In this document: in pieces, positions 46,007 through 55,414 of the stretch | How the letters are laid out: the number at the start of each line of letters is the position of its first letter | Position numbering within the stretch: position 1 is the first letter of the stretch | DNA from: an uncultured virus (IMG/VR IMGVR_UViG_3300018065_000015) | Lineage: Duplodnaviria; Heunggongvirae; Uroviricota; Caudoviricetes | Virus record (IMG/VR): IMGVR_UViG_3300018065_000015 | Location: 1-64,000 of that record | Strand: one strand, 5' to 3' | DNA length: 64,000 nucleotides | Position numbers and translations under genes: made by a program | Notes under the pieces: model-generated | Told to the model about the DNA's origin: nothing | Seen by the model: only the letters and a program-made list of their open reading frames with translations | The model's database searches: none

Positions 46007-46540
46007 ATGGCCAAAGGAAAGCGAAAGAAGAAGCGTGCTCCGATGATCAGCAAGACCGAGGAGCTTGGCCCGAACGACCGGACCCTCTTGATCCGGCGGT
46101 ATCGGAAGAAGTTCCCCAAGACTGACCGTGTCATCAAGATGAGCAATGGCCGGAAGCGCCGAATCAAAGGCATGCCGGCCACCGTTCTGTTGAACGAGAA
46201 GATCCTGCGAGATTACCCCCACAGCGGGGTCACCGCGCAGAACATCTACAACTTCGACTCGGACGTCAAGAACGGGAAGAAATCGAAGCCGGTGGGCAAG
46301 TCCAAGAAGACGCCGGCACGGGCAGAGGCACAGACGCCCGAGACCACGACCCCGCAGAAGAGCGTGGACCTCAATGGCATGTCGCTGGAAAAGTCGCAGA
46401 CCCTCTTCGAACAGATGAAGACTGCGAAACCCACCGCCATGCCGCGACTCTTCGGTCAGTTCATGGCCGAGATGACGACGCAGATGGACAAAGCGACGGA
46501 ATGGGCATCGAAAACCACGGTGTCCGATCTGATCAGCTAA
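46007..46540 (+). CDS. Basic hypothetical protein (possible DNA-binding)
   Basis: AAGGAGG RBS; K/R-rich. Confidence 0.75.
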   Translation: MAKGKRKKKRAPMISKTEELGPNDRTLLIRRYRKKFPKTDRVIKMSNGRKRRIKGMPATVLLNEKILRDYPHSGVTAQNIYNFDSDVKNGKKSKPVGKSKKTPARAEAQTPETTTPQKSVDLNGMSLEKSQTLFEQMKTAKPTAMPRLFGQFMAEMTTQMDKATEWASKTTVSDLIS

Positions 46541-46866
46541 CCCGGGCGTTTGCCACTCTCTGTCCTACACTTGCCACAGAGAGCGTGCCGGTTACCCCCT
46601 CCTAACCCGAGGGAAGGTGATCAGGCTCCGCGGTTCGTCCTTCATTGGGCGGCCGCGGCCTCGACCTGGGGTTCGGTCGGTTTGTGACGAACGCTAGTTG
46701 AATTCCCCCCAATTTAACCAGTGGTACCGCCAAACCCCAGGTCACAAAGCATCAAAATGCGCGCCTTCTTGATGCCCTCAGAGGCGCGTGGGAAGATGCG
46801 TTCATGTACAGCGCCGCCCCACATCGTCGTGGGGCGGCGTCATTTCTCACACATAGGAGAGGACAA

Positions 46867-47145
46867 GTGAACAAGGAAAAACTCGAGATGCTCAACGCTA
46901 TGGGCGCCCTGCTGGACGACCCGGAGACCGTTGACGAGATCGACGAAGTGCTCGCCCGCGGCGTACAGCTGGTCGAACACGTGCTTGGCGCTATCGCCGA
47001 CGCCCCGCGTGCGAAAGTGACGGCCGACCACATCGCGAAGCTGTGTCGGATGCAGTATCAATCGTTTTTGGACGCTGGCTTCAGCGACGGGCAGGCGTTT
47101 ACGCTGCTGGTCGGCATCCGCGCCGGTCTCACGAAAATCAGTTGA
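46867..47145 (+). CDS. Hypothetical protein
   Basis: GAGG RBS, GTG start; Y..F..AGFS..QA..L motif. Confidence 0.65.
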   Translation: MNKEKLEMLNAMGALLDDPETVDEIDEVLARGVQLVEHVLGAIADAPRAKVTADHIAKLCRMQYQSFLDAGFSDGQAFTLLVGIRAGLTKIS

Positions 47146-47148
47146 TAC

Positions 47149-47543
47149 ATGTGCGTGTGGGGCTGTGGGCTTAGAAGCAGCCATCAGCTAAGGAGTGGCG
47201 AGTGGAAGTGCTCTGGACCGGGTTAGCCGCCCGGCCACCACAAGATAACCGTGCAGCATGACCGTTGGCAACGGATCGGCGGCTTCGACTGGGCATGGTG
47301 TCACCACCGGGAAGCGACAGCGGATGCGACGCTACGACCGGCCACGTACTACCGAAAGGCTTCGGTCGCCGTAGCGAATCAGAGTTCGTGAAGTCAGAGG
47401 GATGCAGTTTGCTACGGTAGTACCAGCGGAGTCCGTAGTTAAGGTTGAGAGACGACAATCGAAGTGTCGGGAAAACAATGCTCTTCCAATGCTGTATTCG
47501 TAGCCCGTGGAGCCTTTGGCGTGACAGCACACCCCACGCACAT
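47149..47543 (+). ncRNA. Large structured RNA containing a split 23S rRNA L11-binding-domain mimic
   Basis: GGCTTAGAAGCAGCCATC at 47168-47185 and GCGTGACAGCACAC near 47519-47532; termini complementary; followed by a T-tract. Confidence 0.75.
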
Positions 47544-47564
47544 TTTTACAAAAGGAGAGGAGTT

Positions 47565-47798
47565 ATGATCGCGCGAGCGAAACCCGGCTTCGACCCGGAG
47601 ATCATTCGGTGTTCCGTGTTCGCTCTTCAGGTCTGCGTGCCTGCCACGTGGACTGACGAGGAGATCGAAGAGTTCGCTGAACAAGAGCACCCGGCCGGTG
47701 CTTTCGATGGGTGGCACATCCAGCGCGACGGGCCGTATCCGGAGCGCGTTTCATGCAATGACCGCGAGGGGTTCATCCACGTGGTCGTGGAGGTATAG
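47565..47798 (+). CDS. Small hypothetical protein
   Basis: AGGAG RBS; LQVCVP..WTDEEI..FA motif. Confidence 0.65.
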   Translation: MIARAKPGFDPEIIRCSVFALQVCVPATWTDEEIEEFAEQEHPAGAFDGWHIQRDGPYPERVSCNDREGFIHVVVEV

Positions 47799-48029
47799 AT
47801 GGGTAAAAAAACAATCTGTGACCTGTGTGGAGCCGACATCGAAAAAGGTGAGTGCTTTACGATAAACCTGCTGCCGCCCCGTAGTTTTAACGGGCGTGGC
47901 AAACACATCCGCACATGGGACGTCTGTCGCGAGTGCTTGGACTTTCCAATCAGCGGATCAAAAATGCGCAACGTGCTTCGGCGTCTCATCCCGGACTTCG
48001 TGCGCAGACTCTGGAAGAAGAGGATGTAG
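47799..48029 (+). CDS. Small zinc-ribbon protein
   Basis: CDLC...DVCREC; GGAGG RBS. Confidence 0.6.
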   Translation: MGKKTICDLCGADIEKGECFTINLLPPRSFNGRGKHIRTWDVCRECLDFPISGSKMRNVLRRLIPDFVRRLWKKRM

Positions 48030-48434
48030 ATGGGAATGGACGTTTCTGGAAAGAACCCCGACGCCCCCGTCGGTGAGTACTTCCGTGCGAACGTGTGGAG
48101 CTGGCGACCAATCCACCAGCTGATGTGCAAGCTTTGCGGCGACCTGCTCTCTGAGGGGTTGCTGGAGCAGATGAGCTATAACGACGGCGCAGGCCCTGAC
48201 GACCAGGAAACCTGCACGCAAATGGCCATCAGGTTCTCCCAGTGGTTGGAGAAGAACCACAATGGGCACGCTGTCGATCTGGGGTGCTATTGTGCAGAGG
48301 GTACCGGACGCTTCGTAGGCGATGAAGAGCTCGCCCGCGGCGATCCGGTTGAAACCGCACACCGTACAAGTGATGCCCATCTGAAAAGTTGGGTACAATT
48401 TCTCCTCCATTGCGGAGGATTCGCAGTCGACTAG
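48030..48434 (+). CDS. Conserved phage hypothetical protein
   Basis: MGMDV...GEYFRANVWSWRPI...FLLHCGGF pattern. Confidence 0.75.
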   Translation: MGMDVSGKNPDAPVGEYFRANVWSWRPIHQLMCKLCGDLLSEGLLEQMSYNDGAGPDDQETCTQMAIRFSQWLEKNHNGHAVDLGCYCAEGTGRFVGDEELARGDPVETAHRTSDAHLKSWVQFLLHCGGFAVD

Positions 48435-48447
48435 AAAGGAGGCGGCA

Positions 48448-49002
48448 ATGTCAGGTTTCGTGACCGACGGTCAGCAGATCCGTGACGTCCTGCTCTTGCT
48501 CAAGAGCAGCATCGCACGCGCGACCGACACGTACCAGGTGAGTCTTAAGCAGTACGACGACGAGGATCTCGGCGATCCACTCGACCATCGGGGGACGCGC
48601 CGCGGACTGCAGTACGATTACGTCTTGATCATGGAGATGCAGCAAGCGTACAACCGGATGGTGTCGATCACCGTCGGGGACAAAAGCATGCTACTGTCTA
48701 CGGCGGTCAAGATGATCGGTATACTCGGAGAGGACAAGAACCTGCTGAGGAAGGCACTGAAGGCCGACGGGTCGGACAATTGGTACGGTCGCAACGAGCG
48801 GACGTCCGAGACGATCGTGAAGAAGGTCATGGTGCCACGACCGGTCGCTGAGAGTTTGATTGAGACGGCTGAGAAGGAGGTGACGCAGATGCGTCGCGCC
48901 ATCGGTCGTGGCAATCAAGAGCAACGAGAACTTACAGCTGAGAACACTGGCCTCCCCCAGGAGGACTTTGATCGCGCTGTTAAAGTGTTGACTGAAATGT
49001 AG
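48448..49002 (+). CDS. Helical-hairpin coiled-coil protein (DIP1984-like, tentative)
   Basis: AGGAGG RBS; Q.YN..V.I.V....M.L..AV and terminal I...N pattern. Confidence 0.6.
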   Translation: MSGFVTDGQQIRDVLLLLKSSIARATDTYQVSLKQYDDEDLGDPLDHRGTRRGLQYDYVLIMEMQQAYNRMVSITVGDKSMLLSTAVKMIGILGEDKNLLRKALKADGSDNWYGRNERTSETIVKKVMVPRPVAESLIETAEKEVTQMRRAIGRGNQEQRELTAENTGLPQEDFDRAVKVLTEM

Positions 49003-49021
49003 GCGGCTTCGGCCGCTTGCG

Positions 49022-49226
49022 GGTAGTGGGAAAGTACCTAATTACCGCGAGAGCGGTGATACGCATGTCCAAATGCGCGGAAACGCCTGTGTAAGCCCTG
49101 GTAAAACCTCGGCGGCTATATGACCTCGTCCCTCGCAAATCGTGCGTGATTAAGGGGTCCATGGCATCGAGATTATATGAGGGGGCAGCTCAAGTAAGCC
49201 TACCAGCATCTCACTTTCCTACTACC
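49022..49226 (+). ncRNA. Candidate structured RNA closed by a 14-bp helix
   Basis: GGTAGTGGGAAAGT pairs with ACTTTCCTACTACC (one G-U); followed by T6. Confidence 0.55.
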
Positions 49227-49248
49227 TTTTTTCACAAGGTGGTGACTC

Positions 49249-50076
49249 ATGGTCAAAGACCTGATTCTCGGTACGCCGTCACGGTCCCCTGCGGCCATGG
49301 CGGCGTACCATGCCACCGTTATCCCAAATGGTGGTGTAGTCGAAGACTGGCGAACCTATCTCGTGCCGCGGATCGCCAATATCCGTCGCGCATGGGTCGC
49401 CCGTGTCATAGCGCTCTTTAATGCTGGCTGGTCTGTTTTGCAAAGCCCCAAGCTCGCCTATGCGCAAAACTGTCTGCCGTGCATCTGCACATCAGACCCG
49501 ATAACACAGACGTGCAAACTGATACCGTGCCCTTTCTGCCACGCCAGGAAGGTTGCCGATATCTACATGCGCGCCCAAAAGCTGATCATCAAGCTCGGTA
49601 ACGTCCGCGTAATCAGTTGGCGACGAAAACACGGTCGGGCTGCCGTCGACATGATCTACCTGAACGAACACGGCCGTGTAACGGGGTTGGGTGAAGTCTT
49701 TGCAGAGCATAACGGCCGCCGACGCGAGATCCGCAGAACGCAGCTGCAGGCTGCATACGGTGGTGCACAGATGGTCACGATCGCTCCGCATACATTCGAC
49801 CACCCTTCGCCGGAGGGTGCCTGTGGCCGCTGGCTCGTACAGCAGAGCGTTCTTGCTGTTGTGCCGCGCTATTGGCGTCCACCCAGAGGTATTCGCAAGC
49901 GTGCAGTCGTACGCACAAATCCCGATCCCCACGACTTGGCATACCAGGTTGGGCGGGCGTTTCGGTATCCGCAACACTGGCTTACCAGCGATCCGTGCAT
50001 CATGCGTGACCTGCTGGAGGCTATGAAAGGCAGACGATTCAAAGAAATTTTTGGAGACTTACGTGGGTCAGTATGA
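49249..50076 (+). CDS. Hypothetical protein with Cys cluster
   Basis: NCLP...TCKLIPCPFCHAR; AAGGTGG RBS. Confidence 0.65.
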   Translation: MVKDLILGTPSRSPAAMAAYHATVIPNGGVVEDWRTYLVPRIANIRRAWVARVIALFNAGWSVLQSPKLAYAQNCLPCICTSDPITQTCKLIPCPFCHARKVADIYMRAQKLIIKLGNVRVISWRRKHGRAAVDMIYLNEHGRVTGLGEVFAEHNGRRREIRRTQLQAAYGGAQMVTIAPHTFDHPSPEGACGRWLVQQSVLAVVPRYWRPPRGIRKRAVVRTNPDPHDLAYQVGRAFRYPQHWLTSDPCIMRDLLEAMKGRRFKEIFGDLRGSV

Positions 50077-50788
50077 TCCTATCGAGCGATTAGCATCGCT
50101 CGAGTCCAGACATTCCCTGTCGGCTCAAGAGCAGTTCGACATTATCTCCAACGCCGTCGACTTCGCGAAGAACTCGCCGTTGGCGTTCGTACAGTTCATC
50201 GACATCATGGACGAGGAGCTGCAGTCGCCGCAGATGGCGGTTGCAGAGGTCAAAGACATGCTGCAGAACCCTGTGGCTGACCTCGAGGCTTTCTTCGACC
50301 GCGACCTGTCGTTGGCGTCGCTGAACAACCTCACCGAACTTGAGAGCTCCGGTGACGTGCCAGAGATGCCGTCGACCGATCTCATCAAATCAGCGGTGCT
50401 AGCAATGACGCCGTTCGACTACGAGCAGATGCGCTCCCATCTCACCATGACCGACTTCGACTCGGCCTACCACGAAGGCGCTATTGTCACCGGGTGTTAC
50501 ACCCGTTTTGATGACGGTTCTATCGCTGCTGTCGCTCTCGTCCACGCCACCCCCGCTAACGGCGGGCCGTACCTTGATGCGTGGCTGTGCCTGCCCCCGG
50601 ACAAGTTTCCGGATACGCTGAATCCGTCGTTGCCTGCCACAAGGGATATGGACCAGATCTTCGAGTTCCAGTATCCTGATGGCACGTATCGCGTAATCAA
50701 ACTCGTATCCGCAGCTGGCCAACAGGAATGTCCAGGTACAACGACGACAGACACTGTGAGAAGCCACGAAGGTGCCTCCGGTGCATGA
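50051..50788 (+). CDS. Acidic hypothetical protein
   Basis: 245-aa ORF; start uncertain. Confidence 0.65.
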   Translation: METYVGQYDPIERLASLESRHSLSAQEQFDIISNAVDFAKNSPLAFVQFIDIMDEELQSPQMAVAEVKDMLQNPVADLEAFFDRDLSLASLNNLTELESSGDVPEMPSTDLIKSAVLAMTPFDYEQMRSHLTMTDFDSAYHEGAIVTGCYTRFDDGSIAAVALVHATPANGGPYLDAWLCLPPDKFPDTLNPSLPATRDMDQIFEFQYPDGTYRVIKLVSAAGQQECPGTTTTDTVRSHEGASGA

Positions 50789-50946
50789 ACATGTTCCTTT
50801 CCAAACATGCGGGCAACCGCATATGCCCGGACTGCACCGCGCATCCGCCGAATGTGAGCGGACTGCGTCGGGTGCACTTCGACCTTGACACCTATATGAG
50901 TCAGAAAGAGAAGGATGACAAATTCGACGGAAGAGCTGGCCTCTGA
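50728..50946 (+). CDS. Small zinc-finger protein
   Basis: RRCLRC...F.S...GNRICPDC. Confidence 0.6.
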   Translation: MSRYNDDRHCEKPRRCLRCMNMFLSKHAGNRICPDCTAHPPNVSGLRRVHFDLDTYMSQKEKDDKFDGRAGL

Positions 50947-52426
50947 CGATTACGTCGTCGTCATTGGTCCCGTCATTGTCGATCGCTACTTCGTGGGCAA
51001 ACCCAGACGACTTGACCGTACGGCGCCGGTGCCTCTAATCGGCGTCACGGGACAGTTCTGGGCGCCCGGTGGCGGCGGCAATGCCGCAAACTGCTTGGCC
51101 CATCTGGCCCTCCCAACGACGTTCGTCGGCATGGTCGGAGACGACGACGCCGGCGAAGAGTATCTCAAGGCACCGATGCCTCCCAACCTGCAGCTGAAGG
51201 TTGGCAAATACGCTAACTACAGCACCCCCGTAAAAACCCGCGTCTATGCCAACAATCGCCTTGTAGCACGGTTTGACGCGGACGATCCTTACACAGGGTC
51301 GTTCGAGTCTACGACTGCGTCCTTATTTTTTAGCGCTGTGGCAGAGAAGCCGCCTTTGGCGATACTTATCAGCGACTACAACAAGGGGGTGTGCACGCCC
51401 GACATCATCGGGTCCGTGCTGCTCTACGGCGAGGATCACAACGTCCCCGTGATCGTGGACCCTGATCCGGCGCACACAGAGAGCTATCAGGGCGCTACGC
51501 TACTCACGCCGAACGCCGACGAGGCAATGCGGATGGCAGCGGCCTGCGGGTATGCAGATCGCGCAACCGATCCGGTCGAAGCAGCTGACTTCCTGGCCAA
51601 CAAGTTCGATTGTGACGTCCTCGTCACGCTCGGCAGCCACGGAATGGTGCTGGTTCCGCCCCACGGGCAGGAACGGTTCCCGCTGCAAGCGCTGCCCGCC
51701 GCTGCGATCGATACGTGCGGTTGCGGAGATGCTGTGGCGTCGGCGATGACCTACGGGATTGCCACCGGAATGAACGCACGCACGGCTACGCGCTTTGCAA
51801 ACGTGTCCGGTTCGCTATGCTGCGAGATCATTGGTGCTATGCCCATCCCGCTGCACCGCCTCAACCAACGCGTGACGCTGTCGCTCGGGCTCGATCGAAA
51901 GGTCGTGACCCTCGACGAGCTGCGTCTCCTGCGGCAATCCGTCGCCGTCGCCGGCGAAATCTTCGGGGTTGCCAACGGCGTGTTCGACGGCGTCCACGAC
52001 GGGCACACCTCGCTGCTACGGCAGGCCAGGGAGCATTGTGACTTCCTGGCGGTGCTCGTGAACACTGACGAATCGGCGGAGCGCATCAAGCGCCGACCGC
52101 AACACAGTCAGATAGCCCGTTCGCTCAGCCTGGCGGCGCATCCGTTGGTGGATGCGGTGCTGCTGTTCGACGGCGATAACGCAGTACCAGAGTATCAGGC
52201 GTTGCAGCCCGATATCATGGTAAAAGGGCCGGACTACAAGGATAGGGAAGACCTGCTACCGGAAGCTGCGGTGCTGCCTGAATGGGGCGGCGAGCTGCGG
52301 TTGGCCGAGCTAGAGGTCGACGTCAGTAGTACCCAACTGCGGGAAGAAGATGAGGCCCTCAAAGAGAGCACTGCGCCAGGAGAGACTGAAGACAGCGCTG
52401 GAGGAGCTGGAGACGCTGCGGACTGA
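50915..52426 (+). CDS. hldE: Bifunctional heptose-7-phosphate kinase / heptose-1-phosphate adenylyltransferase (HldE/RfaE-like)
   Basis: PfkB domain (GGGGNAA, ISDYNKG, TPN..EA, DTCGCGD) fused to a cytidylyltransferase-fold domain (NGVFDGVHDGH, VNTDES, VKGPDY, SSTQL). Confidence 0.85.
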   Translation: MTNSTEELASDDYVVVIGPVIVDRYFVGKPRRLDRTAPVPLIGVTGQFWAPGGGGNAANCLAHLALPTTFVGMVGDDDAGEEYLKAPMPPNLQLKVGKYANYSTPVKTRVYANNRLVARFDADDPYTGSFESTTASLFFSAVAEKPPLAILISDYNKGVCTPDIIGSVLLYGEDHNVPVIVDPDPAHTESYQGATLLTPNADEAMRMAAACGYADRATDPVEAADFLANKFDCDVLVTLGSHGMVLVPPHGQERFPLQALPAAAIDTCGCGDAVASAMTYGIATGMNARTATRFANVSGSLCCEIIGAMPIPLHRLNQRVTLSLGLDRKVVTLDELRLLRQSVAVAGEIFGVANGVFDGVHDGHTSLLRQAREHCDFLAVLVNTDESAERIKRRPQHSQIARSLSLAAHPLVDAVLLFDGDNAVPEYQALQPDIMVKGPDYKDREDLLPEAAVLPEWGGELRLAELEVDVSSTQLREEDEALKESTAPGETEDSAGGAGDAAD

Positions 52427-52655
52427 ACTCGCCTTCGACGAGATCACCGTAACGCTCAGCGACTTCCAACGACACTGGCAGTTCAAATATGGCGACAAGC
52501 ATTTGGCGGACTGGTGGCCAGCTTCTGCGAAGGGACAGCTCACAGGGTCACAAGACTCCGTCGACTGTGTGAGCACGTCTCAAGCGCAGAAGCTGGCCAT
52601 CGCCGCTAAGAAGAAGCTGTTTACCGAGATTCGGCAGGCGCTTCAGCAGAGGTGA
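52350..52655 (+). CDS. Hypothetical protein
   Basis: HWQF...LADWWPAS.K motif; overlaps the hldE tail. Confidence 0.6.
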   Translation: MRPSKRALRQERLKTALEELETLRTELAFDEITVTLSDFQRHWQFKYGDKHLADWWPASAKGQLTGSQDSVDCVSTSQAQKLAIAAKKKLFTEIRQALQQR

Positions 52656-52863
52656 GCTCCTCTCGCAGGATTTGTACATCCGGCGGGGCGTCGACACCGA
52701 GGCGGATCCGATCACGACCAGTGCGGATGACCGTGACGGTGATGTCGTCGCCAATCTTGATCTGCTCACCTTCTTTGCGGGACAGGACCAACATGGTAGA
52801 CCTCCTTGTGCTTGCAGTAACAATACGCCCAGTTTATCACCTTCGGACCCCCGGAGCAACCAA

Positions 52864-53238
52864 ATGGGACAATTTCACTTCATGCAGATGTACAACGACG
52901 CCGCGGCGCGCGACTGCGCTGCCATGCCGCAGGCGTTGCTGATGATCGGAGCCGTTACGGCGGCTGAAAAGGACGCACGCGGGATGGGATATTGGGATGA
53001 CCTGACCATCGACGTGCTGTTCGAGAAGGCTCGCAGGCTTGTTGACCTGAGGGACTGTTTTTCGGAACGACTAAAGCTTATGCTATTGGATGGTGAAATC
53101 CTCGTCTTAGTCCGGGACCCTGTAGATGGACGCGTCCATCGGCTCCGAGACACCGACGTGATCGATTTCGATGACCCGATAGTAGGCCCGGAGCAGTTCT
53201 TTACATTGGCTGAAAAGCTGATCGAGCACTCGGCCTGA
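52864..53238 (+). CDS. Hypothetical protein
   Basis: GGAG RBS before ATG 52864. Confidence 0.55.
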   Translation: MGQFHFMQMYNDAAARDCAAMPQALLMIGAVTAAEKDARGMGYWDDLTIDVLFEKARRLVDLRDCFSERLKLMLLDGEILVLVRDPVDGRVHRLRDTDVIDFDDPIVGPEQFFTLAEKLIEHSA

Positions 53239-53241
53239 ATC

Positions 53242-53257
53242 TTATTCAGGAGAATAA
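53242..53257. promoter_or_regulatory. TTATTC-N4-GAATAA palindrome, copy 5 (TTATTCAGGAGAATAA)
   Basis: Encloses the AGGAG RBS of the nuclease gene. Confidence 0.6.
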
Positions 53258-53258
53258 A

Positions 53259-54476
53259 ATGGCAGCGAGACCGCTAGCACTGGTATCGGCTGACTGGCAT
53301 CTTCGTAAGTACGACCGCGTGTGGTACCGACGTGACACGCTGCGCGGCGACGCCGCGTGGGGCGTCCGACAGGTATGCGACATTGCGGCCGAGCAAATGC
53401 CTGATTGTCTGATCCTGCTGGGCGACCTGTTCGACCAGCGGCTGCAGCAGTCAGATTCTCTGATGCTCATGCGACGAGCTATGGCTGATTTCCAGGAGAA
53501 CAATATCCAAGTGCAGTTCATTCAAGGACAGCACGAGCGGTCTTCACCGACGCTGATGAAGTCGATCCACAGCTGGTCACAGCATATCGACGAGCGGATG
53601 GTGGAGTTGGACAACGGCAACCTGCTCATGTACGGCCTGGATTATCGCAATCCGGTCGAGGTTGAGGAGGCGCTGCGTGCCGTGCCTACAAACGCTGACA
53701 TTTTGGCGACTCATCAGGTTTGGAAGGATTACCTTGGCGAGGAGCGCGGCGATGCCTGGTTCCACTGGGCGCCGACGCAGTTCATTGCCACGGGAGATTT
53801 CCACAAAGCGAAATTCGAGACGCGTGGGACGCAGAAGATCCTGTCACCGGGACCGCTCTGCATGCAGAACATCGGCGAGGATCACGAGAAGTTCGTGTTC
53901 ATGCTGAACTCTGATCTCACCGTCACGCCATACAAATTGCGATCGCGCGGCTACTATGAGGCACGCCTGTACGAGGAAGCGCAACTCGAGCAATTCCTCG
54001 ACGAGTGGGACGCCTCCCCGGCGAAGATCCCGCAGGTTGGCGTGCCGCCCGCCGTCGCAACAAACATCATCCGCGTTTGGTACCGTTCGGATATTCCCGA
54101 CGCCAAGCCGCGGTTGGAAGGTAGGATCGGCTCATCGGCCCACCTATTTACAACGATGATCCCTGTCGAAGACCAGGCACAGACGGTCGACGCCGAGCGG
54201 CGTGTCCAGGCTGTACTTGGTGCGGGCATGGTCGGATGCATCAACGAGTTTTACGGAGATGACCCTCGCGCATGCGCAGATGCCGTGCGGCTCTACCGTA
54301 GCAAAGACATCCAAACCGAGCTACTTTCAATCTTCAAGGAGCAAGTTAGTGTCCCTAACGGTCACCGAGAAGGAACATTTCAAGACGAGACTCCAGGAGA
54401 TCCACGATCGAGCGACTGCACAACTGACGGCCGACGCGCCAGCGTGGGAGCCACGGCTCCGCAACAAGGCAGCTAA
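53259..54476 (+). CDS. Mre11/SbcD-like DNA repair nuclease
   Basis: SADWH, LGDLFD, QGQHE, ATHQ, GDFH, SPG motifs; upstream of the Rad50-like gene. Confidence 0.85.
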   Translation: MAARPLALVSADWHLRKYDRVWYRRDTLRGDAAWGVRQVCDIAAEQMPDCLILLGDLFDQRLQQSDSLMLMRRAMADFQENNIQVQFIQGQHERSSPTLMKSIHSWSQHIDERMVELDNGNLLMYGLDYRNPVEVEEALRAVPTNADILATHQVWKDYLGEERGDAWFHWAPTQFIATGDFHKAKFETRGTQKILSPGPLCMQNIGEDHEKFVFMLNSDLTVTPYKLRSRGYYEARLYEEAQLEQFLDEWDASPAKIPQVGVPPAVATNIIRVWYRSDIPDAKPRLEGRIGSSAHLFTTMIPVEDQAQTVDAERRVQAVLGAGMVGCINEFYGDDPRACADAVRLYRSKDIQTELLSIFKEQVSVPNGHREGTFQDETPGDPRSSDCTTDGRRASVGATAPQQGS

Positions 54477-54963
54477 GGTCGTCGAACAGCAGTTCGGCGT
54501 CGCGGAACTTCTGAATAAACAAATGGAAATTCGGCGTCAGCGGCGCGAGCTAGGCAGACAACTAGAGCAGCTCGACACCGAGATCTATGAGAAAATCCAC
54601 GGCCTGCTGTCAGATGACGCACCCTGGGTCGAGGACGATAGGCGTTACTACAGCCGTAACCGCCATGAACGCCAGGAATTCGCACGCTACCCGGAGAACT
54701 GCCGACAGCCAATGCGCTGCCAGCTTCAATACGAGTTCGAAAAACTCCGGGCAGAGCATCCCATTGGACGCGCTCTTGCTGAACTCAAGGACCGCGTTGA
54801 CCATTACCGAGATCGCATCATTGCGTGCGCATCGCACGCAAAGATGGAGACATTATGGGAGGAGGTTGTCGAAGAGCTGGGCAACTTCGAGCCCAGTGAT
54901 CCCGACGCCCGGACTCCTAGAAAGGTGGAGACCGCCCGTGTCACACACGATAAGAAGAAGTGA
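54349..54963 (+). CDS. Hypothetical coiled-coil protein
   Basis: AAGGAG RBS, GTG start; C-terminal ARTPRKVET. Confidence 0.65.
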   Translation: MSLTVTEKEHFKTRLQEIHDRATAQLTADAPAWEPRLRNKAAKVVEQQFGVAELLNKQMEIRRQRRELGRQLEQLDTEIYEKIHGLLSDDAPWVEDDRRYYSRNRHERQEFARYPENCRQPMRCQLQYEFEKLRAEHPIGRALAELKDRVDHYRDRIIACASHAKMETLWEEVVEELGNFEPSDPDARTPRKVETARVTHDKKK

Positions 54964-55414
54964 GCTGCCGCCGATAGTGCTTCCGAACATTATCGAGCAG
55001 GCTGTGAAGGAAACCGAGGCTGCGATGCGGGAAGCTATGGAACGCATCAAGAACATGCCGACGACACTGCTTGCCGTGGATACCGAGTCGGGGGCTATAA
55101 AAGCCGTCGACGAGTTCTCTACGGAAGCAGTGGCAGCCCGCTGTAGCCATGAATGTCCGTGCGTTATCGGTGAAACCCATTACCGCGCACCAAATTGCCC
55201 CAATAGGAGCCCCCATGGAACATTACCCAAGCCATCTGACCCCGGCGTTGCCGATTTTCTTGGACCGAATCCGGTCGGCTGCACAATCACTCCCGGTGCA
55301 CATAAGCCATCCGCCCGCGACTGAATCCGCTGATCGGTCGTACGGAATGACCTGTGTGCAGGCGCTCCGGATGTATGCGCCGGACCTGATCGAAGAAGGG
55401 AGGGTGATCATAGA

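Noticed and set aside
46541..46840. Hairpin-rich intergenic region as a distinct ncRNA
   Set aside because: Several independent hairpins (for example GACCTGGGGTT/AACCCCAGGTC) but no single closing helix or recognisable motif; it could be terminators or a leader.
47149..47543. A true rRNA gene or rRNA operon fragment
   Set aside because: Similarity is limited to two short segments of helices 43-44; the rest and the flanks are not rRNA-like.
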